Positions 36,193 through 45,490 of a stretch of 64,000 nucleotides of DNA are shown in pieces. Where the stretch lies: positions 11,211 to 75,210 of the forward strand of contig CAURSM010000023.1 in NCBI GenBank assembly GCA_963528005.1, in the 5' to 3' direction. Under the pieces are notes generated by a model. That model had not been told where the DNA came from. It ran no database searches and saw only the letters and a list, made by a program, of their open reading frames with translations. Source of the DNA: an uncultured Eubacteriales bacterium (GTDB taxonomy: Bacteria; Bacillota; Clostridia; Lachnospirales; Lachnospiraceae). Made by a program: the position numbers and the translations under genes. Each line of letters begins with the position of its first letter. Positions within the stretch are counted from its first letter, which is position 1.

Positions 36193-37266
36193 TTATATAG
36201 TATAAAACTTATCTTCTGTTTTATACGGATAAAAAAGGGAAAACAACCGAAGGATTTTGTCATCTCCAGGATTTGGAAGCCCTCTTCCATCCCTATTGCT
36301 GGTGCTAAGGTAGATAGAACCGTCCATGGCTTCATAGACATCTCTTAGACGTCCGTACTCATTTTCCAACAATCGTTCCACTTGAACCACCTGGGTCCCT
36401 GTTTCATCAAAAGTGATTGCCAGTAACACATTTCCACGTAGGGTGGCTACAAGAAGCTGCCCCTTTCTGGGACCATCTGTTACAAAGGTGATTCCTGTTG
36501 GAGCCCAGGTAGCATCACCACTTTGTATTACAGGCTTAATAAAATCATTTTCCCGGGTTTCCTCATCACCTGTTACCAAAGGCCAGCCATAGTTGCCCCC
36601 TGGCAAAATGATATTAATTTCATCATGAGCACTTTCTCCATGATCGGAGGCATATAACACATTGTTTTCATCCCACGCCAATCCTTGGGGATTTCTAAGC
36701 CCCAGGGCATATACGGCTGAACCTGGAAACGGATTGTCCGTTGGAATGCTTCCGTCAGTTCCAATTCGCAGAATTTTGCCTGCCAGACTGTTTCTATCCT
36801 GGGAAAGATTACGGTCCCCGGCATCTCCGGTAGTAATATACAAATAACCATCTGGACCAATTTTTAACCGACCTCCGTTATGGATCAGACCGGCTGGAAT
36901 TCGATCCAAAAGAATTTCCTCTTGAGACGCAGCATTCCCCTCCACTCGCATGCGCACCACACGGTGAAAGAGCGCTCCATCTTCCTCATAAGTATACATA
37001 AGGTAAATAAATCCGTTGGAAAGAAAATCCGGGTCAAGCGCAAGCCCCATAAGCCCGCCCTCTCCGCGGCTCACAAAAGGAGTGCCAAATGCATGCACCG
37101 GCACGGGATTTAATATCCCATATTCTACAACGCGAAGATTCCCGTTTCGCTCCGTAAAAAACAGCCTGCCATCCTTACTAGCATCTATGGCCCACGGGAC
37201 AAAAAGATCCTCTGCAACAACTGGAGTCTGAAAAGAAGAAATTCGAAAGATTTGTTTGTTCATCAT
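36193..37266 (-). CDS. PQQ-dependent sugar dehydrogenase-like (soluble glucose/sorbosone dehydrogenase family) beta-propeller
   Basis: PWAIDASKDGRLFFTERNGNLRVV, GGLMGLALDPDF, HNGGRLKIGPDGYLYITTGD and GLRNPQGLAWD. No signal peptide. Confidence 0.7.
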   Translation of the reverse strand: MMNKQIFRISSFQTPVVAEDLFVPWAIDASKDGRLFFTERNGNLRVVEYGILNPVPVHAFGTPFVSRGEGGLMGLALDPDFLSNGFIYLMYTYEEDGALFHRVVRMRVEGNAASQEEILLDRIPAGLIHNGGRLKIGPDGYLYITTGDAGDRNLSQDRNSLAGKILRIGTDGSIPTDNPFPGSAVYALGLRNPQGLAWDENNVLYASDHGESAHDEINIILPGGNYGWPLVTGDEETRENDFIKPVIQSGDATWAPTGITFVTDGPRKGQLLVATLRGNVLLAITFDETGTQVVQVERLLENEYGRLRDVYEAMDGSIYLSTSNRDGRGLPNPGDDKILRLFSLFYPYKTEDKFYTI

Positions 37267-37432
37267 GGCGTCACCTTAATTACTCTTGGTATTGCCTACC
37301 ACGTTCTTCCTAGCATTATATGGAAAGAAAAAGATTTATGTGAGAAGTTCTTTCGTACTTGCCTAAAGATAATGATAAGTCAGTGATAAATGTGGTATAC
37401 TCAATGTAACAGGAATTTAAAGGAGGATGCTT

Positions 37433-39100
37433 ATGAAATCAAACTATAAAAGAGTGCTATTTTTTTCTGCACTGCTTACCATGCTGTTGGTATTTACTAC
37501 AACTCCAATATTTGCAGCGGAAGATGCCATACCATCCATTCGTGTGGATGTCTCCCTTCAGGAGAATGGTTCTGCCGTCATAACGGAGACTTGGGATATA
37601 CGTGGGGTTTCTAGTGGCACGGAATATTACAAAGCTATCAATAACGCAGATGGAATGAACGTCCACTCTCTTCTTGTATGGGACGAAACCGGAACTAGGT
37701 TTAAAACGTTAGACAGCTGGGATACCAAGCTCTCAAGAGCAGAAAAGGCACATACCAGCGGTATCTTAAAAACCTCAAAAGGATATGAACTCTGTTGGGG
37801 AATCGGAACCTATGGAGACCATCAATATACCATTCAATATACACTTGATGGATTGGTAAAGGATTACGGGGACTATGCCGGATTTTATCACCAATTTATA
37901 TCAGAGCTCTCGAGTGCTCCCCAGTCCGCTTCTATTAAGATCTGGATGCCAGATACTCCCTTCCATGGAAACAATGCCCGAATCTCGGCTTATGGTTTCA
38001 AAGGAGAAGTTGGAAACGGCAGTGATGGAAGCCTTACGGTTCTTTCTTCCAAAGCCTTAGGAAACAACGATTATGTGAATGTCCTTTGCCGCTTTGACAG
38101 AGGATTGTTTCCCACCGCCCCCACAGCCAATATGACGTTTGAAAAGCTTCAAAAATCCGCGGATAATGCAAATTCAAATTTAGGTTTGTATATCACCTTA
38201 GGCATTTTGGGGGCAACCCTTGCAATCATCATATCTCTCATCACCTTCTTCTACTCCAGATTTAAGCTGGCAGATGGAACAACCGTGCGATTACCTGGAA
38301 AGCATAAAATAGACGCCAACTGGTGGGCCCCTTTTGAAGGTAACATTCCTGCTGTTTGTTCTATGATGAAGCTGCTTCGTATGAGTATTTCACAAGAAAA
38401 GCTTATGGGAGCTTATTTGATACGTTGGCAGGAGGCAGGATACATCCGCATGGAAGAACGTGCAAATGAGGGGAATTCTAAGAAACCAAAGAAAGAAGAA
38501 GCCATTCTTTTTAATCCGGACAAAATACCTGATCAGGGAGTGGAGCAAACGCTGTATAGAATCTTAACCGACATTACAGATGGGAACCATATTCTTTGGA
38601 CCTCTGACATCGAGAAACATGCAAAAGAACTTGAGAAAAAGCTCACAGTATGGGCAGAAGAAGTGAAACAAAACGGTGAAAAAGAATTAATGCGTTTAGG
38701 TGCTGCTGCAACCAACCAAAAAGGTATTATCTCACTTACTTCTTTTGGCTTTGAGCAGGCAGTTAAGATAATTGGCTTCCAGAAATATCTGATGGATATG
38801 AGTAAACCAAGGGATGACAAGGCGGCTCCAAGAGAACTTTGGGGGGATTATCTTGTATTCGCCACCTTGTTTGGCATCGGAGAACAGGTTTTAAAGAGTA
38901 TGAAGGCCCTTGATCCTACTCATTTTGATTCCTTTGCAGGCATGTATGGCTGCAACTCTTATAGCATGATCTACCTATTGACTATGACAAACCATATTTC
39001 CGGCGCCACATCACCGAGTACAGGCATGAATAGTGCCGGAGGTGTCAGTTCTGTTGGTGGTGGAGGTTTCTCCGGAGGCGGAGGTGGAGGCAGCCGATAA
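37433..39100 (+). CDS. DUF2207 domain-containing membrane protein
   Basis: It has a signal/TM N-terminus, a central TM segment and a Gly-rich tail (GGGGFSGGGGGGSR) typical of DUF2207. The second ATG (37433) is 6 nt after AGGAGG. Confidence 0.65.
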   Translation: MKSNYKRVLFFSALLTMLLVFTTTPIFAAEDAIPSIRVDVSLQENGSAVITETWDIRGVSSGTEYYKAINNADGMNVHSLLVWDETGTRFKTLDSWDTKLSRAEKAHTSGILKTSKGYELCWGIGTYGDHQYTIQYTLDGLVKDYGDYAGFYHQFISELSSAPQSASIKIWMPDTPFHGNNARISAYGFKGEVGNGSDGSLTVLSSKALGNNDYVNVLCRFDRGLFPTAPTANMTFEKLQKSADNANSNLGLYITLGILGATLAIIISLITFFYSRFKLADGTTVRLPGKHKIDANWWAPFEGNIPAVCSMMKLLRMSISQEKLMGAYLIRWQEAGYIRMEERANEGNSKKPKKEEAILFNPDKIPDQGVEQTLYRILTDITDGNHILWTSDIEKHAKELEKKLTVWAEEVKQNGEKELMRLGAAATNQKGIISLTSFGFEQAVKIIGFQKYLMDMSKPRDDKAAPRELWGDYLVFATLFGIGEQVLKSMKALDPTHFDSFAGMYGCNSYSMIYLLTMTNHISGATSPSTGMNSAGGVSSVGGGGFSGGGGGGSR

Positions 39101-39122
39101 TCGGCTTGCCCCCACCTTTTTT
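39083..39122 (+). terminator. Rho-independent terminator of the DUF2207 gene
   Basis: GGTGGAGGCAGCCGA-TAA-TCGGCTTGCCCCCACC followed by TTTTTT. Confidence 0.65.
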
Positions 39123-39152
39123 ATTCAGTCCTATTCCATTGTAGCTGTATAA

Positions 39153-40718
39153 TTAAGAGATTAACTTATGCTCTTTTAAAAAATCAAGGGCAACCTTAGA
39201 TGGAGCTTCCTGCAACTCATCCACCCTATAATTTAAATCTCTCATGACATCATCAGTTAACAGAGGTCCTAATTCTTCTAAAATCCCTGAGATTTCGGGA
39301 TACGTTTCGAGGGCCTCTCCTCGAATGATTGGCATTGCAAAATACGGTGGAAAGAATTTCTGATCATCCACAAGAGATTTTAATCCAAACTTCTTTAAAA
39401 GCCCGTCTGTTGCATAAGCATCTATGACATCAACGGTCCCATTTTGAAGGGCAGCATAGCGAGGTGCATTGTCTAAAGTGATGTTTTTTCCTAACTGAAA
39501 ATGATACGTCTTTTGCAGACCGCTAAGACCGTCGTCCCGGTTTGTAAATTCAAAAGTAAGACCAGAGGTCAATCCACCAGCTTCCTTTGCTAAATCACTG
39601 ACGGTTTCAAATCCATACTTTTTTGCAGTCTCCTGGGTTACCGCAAGTACATAAGTGTTGTTAAAGTTCATTTGTTTTAATACGTTAATATCATACTTCT
39701 CTTTTAACTCCGTCTTCACCGTCTCATATACCTGATCCATATCGTTGATGGGCGGGTGTTTTAGCGTATCTGTATAAGCAGTACCGCTGTATTCAATGTA
39801 GAGATCAATATCCCCATTTTTCAGTGCTTCAAAACAAACCTGGGTTCCCCCAAGATTCAACCTTCTGTTTACAGCAATATCCGTACGATCCTCAATAAGA
39901 TCCGCCATCATGTTTCCAATGATCTCTTGTTCTGTAAAGTCTTTGGACCCGATGGAGATAGATCTGGCACTCTCCGCCCGACCTCCTGCGGAGGTGAAAG
40001 CAAAGATTACGGCCAAAAGAAGTGCAGCCACACTGAGTCCTGCTTTCTGTGTGGTACGCCTTTTCTTCTTCAACGCCCCATCTCCCTTTTGAAGGTTTAT
40101 GGGCGTTACCAGCTTCTCAACCAGCCCGATCAAATAATCCACCACAAGTGCCAGTAAACAAGCGGGTATGGCTCCAGCCAGAATCTGGCTGTTATTCACG
40201 GTTCTTATACCGGAAAAAACAAGATAACCAAGACCTCCGGCACCGATAAATGCCGCCATGGTCATCAGCCCTACCGCTGTTACGGAAGCGATACGAACTC
40301 CAGCCATAATCACTGGAAGAGCCAAAGGGATCTGTATCTTAGTCAGTACTTGAAACGGAGTTAATCCAATTCCCTTAGCGGCTTCCAGTGTCTGGGGATT
40401 GATATTTTCAATTCCCGTATACGTATTCTTAATAATAGGAAGCAGGGAATAAAGCACTACCGCAACAATTGCCGGAATGGTGCCGATTCCAAACAGAGGA
40501 ATCATAAATCCTAACAGTGCCATACTTGGGATTGCCTGAATTACATTGGCGACGGATAAAATAGCTTTTTCTACTTTCGACGTGTAGGAAACGAAGATAC
40601 CAAGAGGGACTCCAATTACGATAGCCAAACCGACTGAAATGGCGGTTAGTTTTAAATGTTCTATTAATAATGATAGGATCTGCGGATAATTACTTCCTAT
40701 ATAATTGAAAAAACTCAT
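39153..40718 (-). CDS. osmoprotectant (glycine betaine/choline/carnitine) ABC transporter, fused permease and substrate-binding protein
   Basis: The N-terminal half is an OpuCB/BusAB-type permease. The C-terminal half is an OpuAC-type binding domain (GSKDFTEQEI...YIEYSGTAY). Confidence 0.85.
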   Translation of the reverse strand: MSFFNYIGSNYPQILSLLIEHLKLTAISVGLAIVIGVPLGIFVSYTSKVEKAILSVANVIQAIPSMALLGFMIPLFGIGTIPAIVAVVLYSLLPIIKNTYTGIENINPQTLEAAKGIGLTPFQVLTKIQIPLALPVIMAGVRIASVTAVGLMTMAAFIGAGGLGYLVFSGIRTVNNSQILAGAIPACLLALVVDYLIGLVEKLVTPINLQKGDGALKKKRRTTQKAGLSVAALLLAVIFAFTSAGGRAESARSISIGSKDFTEQEIIGNMMADLIEDRTDIAVNRRLNLGGTQVCFEALKNGDIDLYIEYSGTAYTDTLKHPPINDMDQVYETVKTELKEKYDINVLKQMNFNNTYVLAVTQETAKKYGFETVSDLAKEAGGLTSGLTFEFTNRDDGLSGLQKTYHFQLGKNITLDNAPRYAALQNGTVDVIDAYATDGLLKKFGLKSLVDDQKFFPPYFAMPIIRGEALETYPEISGILEELGPLLTDDVMRDLNYRVDELQEAPSKVALDFLKEHKLIS

Positions 40719-41851
40719 TACAGCTCTCCTCCTTCATAATCAAAGTACTGTTGACTTAAAGTCGTTACCAAGCTGCTTCGTGTAATTAAACCCATAAGAC
40801 GCTTTTGCTCATCCACCACAGGAACCGTGGATACATGGTTCTCCGTTACTATTTTTAGTGCATCCAGGATGCTTTGCTCTGGTAACAGAGATGGAAAATC
40901 CTCATACATGTATTCTTCTGCCGGCCTGGACCGATCCTCCACACCGCGTAGTCTGCCAGCTTTTACGATTCCTGCCAATTGCCTGGTTCCTCGTTCTACG
41001 ATCAAAAGACTGTCTACCTTGTTCTGGCGCATCTTATCAATACATTTTAACACAGTAAGATCTCGAAACGCAGTGACTGGATTTTCAATCATAATATCAG
41101 ACACCTTTATATATTCTGGTGATGACCAGATTCTGTTTCTTCCAACGAAGCTGGATACAAAATCATCACTTGGATTATTTAAAATATTTTCGGGGGTATC
41201 GTATTGAAGAATGTCGCCATCCTTCATAATGCATATCATATCTGCGATTTTAATGGCTTCATCCATATCATGGGTCACGAAAACAATGGTCTTTTTTAAT
41301 TTAGAATGCAACTGTACCAGCTCATCTTGAAGGTCAGATCTTGTCATGGGATCCAAGGCAGAGAAAGGTTCATCCATAAGGATAATGTCTGGGTCCGTAG
41401 CAAAGGCTCTGGCGACCCCCACTCTCTGCTGCTGTCCACCACTAAGTTCGGTTGGATAACGATGTAAGAACTCTTTTCCATCAAGTCCTACCATTTGCAT
41501 TAATTCTTCTGTATTTCTTTCAATCTCCTGAACAGGCTTCTTTTCAAGCTTTGATATCAGTTCAATGTTTTCCTTCACTGTCATGTGAGGAAACAATCCT
41601 GTCTGCTGGATTACATAACCAATACTTCTCCGTAAGGTCACTTCATCCATACTGCTGATGCTCTTATCATCAATGTAAATCATACCAGATGTTGGTTTAA
41701 TCAAACGATTAATCATTTTAAGGAGCGTTGTTTTTCCACAACCACTCTCACCAATCACCGCCACCAGGCTGCCACTTTCAATCGTAAAAGTAACTTCATT
41801 TAGAACTTGTTTTGTTTTGTACCGTTTTGAAATTCCTTCAAAATGGATCAT
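40718..41851 (-). CDS. osmoprotectant ABC transporter ATP-binding protein with tandem CBS domains
   Basis: Walker A GESGCGKTT, signature LSGGQQQRV, and a C-terminal CBS pair. Confidence 0.9.
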   Translation of the reverse strand: MIHFEGISKRYKTKQVLNEVTFTIESGSLVAVIGESGCGKTTLLKMINRLIKPTSGMIYIDDKSISSMDEVTLRRSIGYVIQQTGLFPHMTVKENIELISKLEKKPVQEIERNTEELMQMVGLDGKEFLHRYPTELSGGQQQRVGVARAFATDPDIILMDEPFSALDPMTRSDLQDELVQLHSKLKKTIVFVTHDMDEAIKIADMICIMKDGDILQYDTPENILNNPSDDFVSSFVGRNRIWSSPEYIKVSDIMIENPVTAFRDLTVLKCIDKMRQNKVDSLLIVERGTRQLAGIVKAGRLRGVEDRSRPAEEYMYEDFPSLLPEQSILDALKIVTENHVSTVPVVDEQKRLMGLITRSSLVTTLSQQYFDYEGGEL

Positions 41852-41885
41852 ATTTATGCCTCCTTCTCAACAAAGTAACAACTTA

Positions 41886-41923
41886 ATTATATTTGAAAGT
41901 TGTCACTTTGTCAAATCGTGACA
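41886..41923 (-). promoter_or_regulatory. consensus sigma-A promoter of the opu operon, with an inverted repeat flanking the -35 box (candidate BusR operator)
   Basis: On the minus strand: TTGACA (41909-41914), a 17-nt spacer, then TATAAT (41886-41891). TGTCAC/GTGACA half-sites sit at 41901-41906 and 41918-41923. Confidence 0.6.
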
Positions 41924-41926
41924 TGA

Positions 41927-41958
41927 AAAAAGCCTGAAGCAAAACTGCTCCAGGCCTT
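41927..41958 (-). terminator. Rho-independent terminator after the busR-like gene
   Basis: On the minus strand, GCCTGGAGC-AGTTTT-GCTTCAGGC is followed by TTTTTTC. Confidence 0.65.
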
Positions 41959-41969
41959 ATAGTTAGGGC

Positions 41970-42632
41970 TTATTTGGGGGGATATAAAAAATCTTTCACC
42001 CTGTCCAAAGTATCATCTTGGGTCACAAAATATATGGTGTCATTTTCCGAAAGAGCAACGTATGGCCCTGGGGATTTCATAAGTGTATTGTTCCTGCTAA
42101 CCCCTATGACAGTTGCACCGGTGCGCTGCCAAAATTGTATTTCTGTCACTGTCTTATTAAGATACGCGCATTCTGGGGTAATTCTAATTTCAAATGGCAT
42201 AAACGGATTCATAGACCGAAAGTGTACCGAAGCCTCAATAAGATCCTTCAAACAATCATTTAAAGTCTCCATTTCCTGTTTTTGGCGGCTTACACTTTTT
42301 AAGAGATTCTCTTTGATGGTGTCAATGGTCTGCCGCTTGCCATTTTGCTGAATGTACTCCGATGCCTTTTTCTGAGATTTAATAATAATCCCATTGCCCT
42401 TTTCGGAAGTCACGATTCCAAGATCGCTAAGAATGCAAATCGCCCTTCTGGCAGTCTCCGGGGATACGCTATATTGACTGGCAAGAGAGGAACGGGCATA
42501 AATCTTCTCTCCCTCCATATATTCTCCATTGGCAATACGGGCTGCCACTTCCACAGCTATCTGCTGATAGCGGGGAATCGCTGTTTTAGTTTTTATCTCT
42601 TCGGCCATGCGATTTTCATTTCCTTTACTCAT
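41970..42632 (-). CDS. busR: GntR-family regulator with a C-terminal TrkA-C/RCK_C domain (BusR-like repressor)
   Basis: It has a GntR wHTH (IPRYQQIAVEVAARIANGEY...SSLASQYSVSPETARRAICILSDLGIV) and a C-terminal RCK_C-like domain. It lies directly upstream of the opu genes. An alternative start is at 42608. Confidence 0.7.
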   Translation of the reverse strand: MSKGNENRMAEEIKTKTAIPRYQQIAVEVAARIANGEYMEGEKIYARSSLASQYSVSPETARRAICILSDLGIVTSEKGNGIIIKSQKKASEYIQQNGKRQTIDTIKENLLKSVSRQKQEMETLNDCLKDLIEASVHFRSMNPFMPFEIRITPECAYLNKTVTEIQFWQRTGATVIGVSRNNTLMKSPGPYVALSENDTIYFVTQDDTLDRVKDFLYPPK

Positions 42633-42783
42633 TTGATGATGTTATGTCAAAATCAGTATAGCCTAAAACAATATATAAGGCAAGGTGGACAATATATCCA
42701 TAGCAGAAGAAAGAAAAAATAGCCGCCCATTTACATTATGTTTTTCGTAAACATAGGTAAATAAGCGGCCATCTCTGTTATTC

Positions 42784-44694
42784 TTACAATCCCATTTTTT
42801 GTCTCTTCTTCATAATGTGGCTTTCTATATCGTTTGCCACCTGTACCGGATCATCTCCCAGAGCAATTTTTCCACCAGTAAGTCCTTCCACATCCTCTGT
42901 GAGAAGCTTAACAAGTTTTGGTGCACCTGTAATAAAAGGGGTAGGGGAAAGATGAGTGTAGGCTCCGTATGCTACAGCAAATACACCATCTATGGTTGCT
43001 TTTTGCTCCATCCATTCTGGTGCAGTTACTGCGATAGGAAGATCTGGTATATCCACATTAAGATGATCTGCCAGAGCTGTTACAAGCATGGAAACTCGTC
43101 CGGTGTCTGTACAGGTGCCAAAGCTTAATACGGGAGGGATTCCAAGAGCCTTGCAAATTCCTTTAAGCCCTTCTCCAGCCTGTTCTGCTGCTTCCATATT
43201 GCACATTCCTGCAACTTCCAGTCCATGATTTCCACAGCCACCTGCAACGACTAGTATATCTTTTTTAATCAATTGTTTTGTTAAATTGACTGTATTCCAG
43301 TCCTGAGGACCATTTCTTAAAGTAGAGCAGTTAGCCAGCGCTACAATTCCTTTTAACTGTCCTTTTGCTATTACATCAACTAAAGCATTTAAGTCGTTCC
43401 CAACTGCATTTAAAACTGCCTCAGTGGAAAATCCTGCAATTGCTTTTTGTTTGTGATGTGGTACCATTGGTTTGATTTTATTATGTCTTTTCTTAAAGTT
43501 TTCAATGGCTACATGAATGCATTTTACCGCCATTTCCTCTGCCTTCTGGGGATAATAAGGCATCTCATGTTCCACTCCTGGAACTCCGATGATGGTGCTG
43601 ACGCTTACAAGGGCAACCTGATATTTTTCCGCATATTGATCAATGGCTGGGGGAGAACAGTTCTCTTCCATAACAAAGGCATCTACGGTACCTGTAGCTA
43701 GAAATGGCTCAATGGCTAACCAGTTCCCCATAAGACCGATGAAAACATCATCTACTTCAAATCTCTGAAGCATCTCCTGTCCGGTCTCAATGGAACCCAC
43801 AATATGAATTCCTTTGGCTCCTGCTTCTCTTGCAAGTTTCTGAAATTCCTCTGTTTTGGCTAACTGTAAGGTAGCAACCCCGATCCATGGCTGATGTCCA
43901 TTAAATGCTATATTTACATAATCAGGATCCATGATACCCAGATCAACATCCACCTCATGAGGTTTCGGTGTTCCAAACAATATATCCTGTGTCATTTCAA
44001 GGCCAATCTGGGCGGTGTATATGGTAGATAAGCCCAATCGCAACGCCTTTTTTGCCAGAGACACATAATCTCCGTCTACGTTGGTCAAACAGCTTGCAAT
44101 GGAGTTTTGCACCTCGTGTTCAATTCCTGATGGATAGATATTAAGCTCCTTCCATACCTTCAAACGTTTTTTAGGGGCAAACGCTTCTACCATAACGCTA
44201 TTATGATCCGGATTTATCTTCATTTCCCGGTCTAGTAACTCTGCCAAGCAGGTAGCCATCTGGTTTACGTTTTGATTGGTATCGATACCAGTTTTTTCAC
44301 ACATCCATTTTAATTTATCCACGTCTGTAATCTGAAATGTAGTATTGCCTTTTCCTGTCTCTTTTAAGGTTCGAAATGCTTCATACGCATGATGTGCATA
44401 AGTAGCTGCTCCCATGATATTTCTCATGAGTAGATTTCTCATTGCCATGGCATCTGGCCCGATTCCACAAACACCTTTTTCCGGGCCTTTCTGCTCATTG
44501 ATTCTACAAGGACCGTTGGTGCACAACTGACAACTTAACCCCTGCAGGCAGAACTTGCATCGGATTTTTTCCTGTTCATCGTATCTGGAAAATACACTGG
44601 ATAATCCATCATCTCGTATTCTGATTAGCATCTCTTCTACAGAATCATGATAACTTACCCGACCCTCTGTCTTCTCTAAAATTGCTTCCGTCAT
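42784..44694 (-). CDS. cooS: anaerobic carbon-monoxide dehydrogenase catalytic subunit
   Basis: The N-terminal Cys motifs are CKFCLQGLSCQLCTNGPCRI and GVCGIGPD, and the ~636-aa length fits the CooS/Hcp superfamily. The ATG at 44694 is 5 nt after GGAGG. Confidence 0.8.
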   Translation of the reverse strand: MTEAILEKTEGRVSYHDSVEEMLIRIRDDGLSSVFSRYDEQEKIRCKFCLQGLSCQLCTNGPCRINEQKGPEKGVCGIGPDAMAMRNLLMRNIMGAATYAHHAYEAFRTLKETGKGNTTFQITDVDKLKWMCEKTGIDTNQNVNQMATCLAELLDREMKINPDHNSVMVEAFAPKKRLKVWKELNIYPSGIEHEVQNSIASCLTNVDGDYVSLAKKALRLGLSTIYTAQIGLEMTQDILFGTPKPHEVDVDLGIMDPDYVNIAFNGHQPWIGVATLQLAKTEEFQKLAREAGAKGIHIVGSIETGQEMLQRFEVDDVFIGLMGNWLAIEPFLATGTVDAFVMEENCSPPAIDQYAEKYQVALVSVSTIIGVPGVEHEMPYYPQKAEEMAVKCIHVAIENFKKRHNKIKPMVPHHKQKAIAGFSTEAVLNAVGNDLNALVDVIAKGQLKGIVALANCSTLRNGPQDWNTVNLTKQLIKKDILVVAGGCGNHGLEVAGMCNMEAAEQAGEGLKGICKALGIPPVLSFGTCTDTGRVSMLVTALADHLNVDIPDLPIAVTAPEWMEQKATIDGVFAVAYGAYTHLSPTPFITGAPKLVKLLTEDVEGLTGGKIALGDDPVQVANDIESHIMKKRQKMGL

Positions 44695-44807
44695 AATAAC
44701 CTCCATTTATAAAGATTAAAATTAGTATGCCAAATTTTAGGAATTCGATTCTATTAATTATCAGAATTGGGTCCTTTTCCTTTCGCTTGGTGTATGCCAA
44801 TCAACAG

Positions 44808-44860
44808 TAATAAAAAATAACGAATCAGCCGCCCCAAATATGACGACTAATTCGTTATTT
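44808..44860 (-). terminator. Rho-independent terminator after the PTS EIIA gene
   Basis: The 10-bp stem AATAACGAAT/ATTCGTTATT is followed on the minus strand by TTTTTTATT. The loop is large (~24 nt). Confidence 0.55.
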
Positions 44861-44938
44861 ATTCATTATACGATTACATATAATTATCATTCACTTGCCA
44901 AACCTTTGGCTCCTAAATGTCTACTCCCTCAAAAGCAG

Positions 44939-45478
44939 CTACTGAAACTTAAATAATGGATCCAGAGCTTCAACCACGCCGAGATGAGGCAAACTCATTG
45001 TGCCCAGTATAGCAGCATTAGGTACCAGAACCATAGTGGTTGTCTTATAACCTTTTTCTATAATCTTCCCACAATCAAATTCTACCAGCAGCTCCCCTGC
45101 CTTTACATGATCTCCCTGCTTAACTAAAGCCTGGAAACCATCACCTTCCATTTGTACGGTATCAATACCTATATGGAGTAAGACCTCCATCCCCTCCTCT
45201 GTTTTCATGCCAATTGCATGTCCAGTAGGAAATACGGATATAATTTCTCCGTCAACGGGAGCATATAACTTTCCCTCTTTGGGTTCAATGCCAACACCTG
45301 GTCCCATCACTTCTTCTGCAAACACCGGATCACTCACCTGGGAAAGTGGAACTACAGTTCCCTTTAACGGGCTGTACATTGTTTTCGGCTCACAAATGAT
45401 GTTCTTAACTACCGGATTGTGTGATTCTTTTTTTTCTTTACTATGAAATATATTATCTAAAAATCCCATTATATTCAT
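44939..45478 (-). CDS. PTS glucose-family EIIA component
   Basis: GHAIGMKTEEGMEVLLHIGIDTVQMEG contains the two conserved EIIA-Glc histidines. Confidence 0.85.
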   Translation of the reverse strand: MNIMGFLDNIFHSKEKKESHNPVVKNIICEPKTMYSPLKGTVVPLSQVSDPVFAEEVMGPGVGIEPKEGKLYAPVDGEIISVFPTGHAIGMKTEEGMEVLLHIGIDTVQMEGDGFQALVKQGDHVKAGELLVEFDCGKIIEKGYKTTTMVLVPNAAILGTMSLPHLGVVEALDPLFKFQ

Positions 45479-45490
45479 TCCTTTATATGC

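Noticed and set aside
44727-44801. 9-nt direct repeat GTATGCCAA, present twice upstream of cooS.
   Set aside because: My rough estimate is that one 9-mer repeat is not rare by chance in a ~230-bp region. There is no palindromic structure. It is mentioned only as a weak lead.
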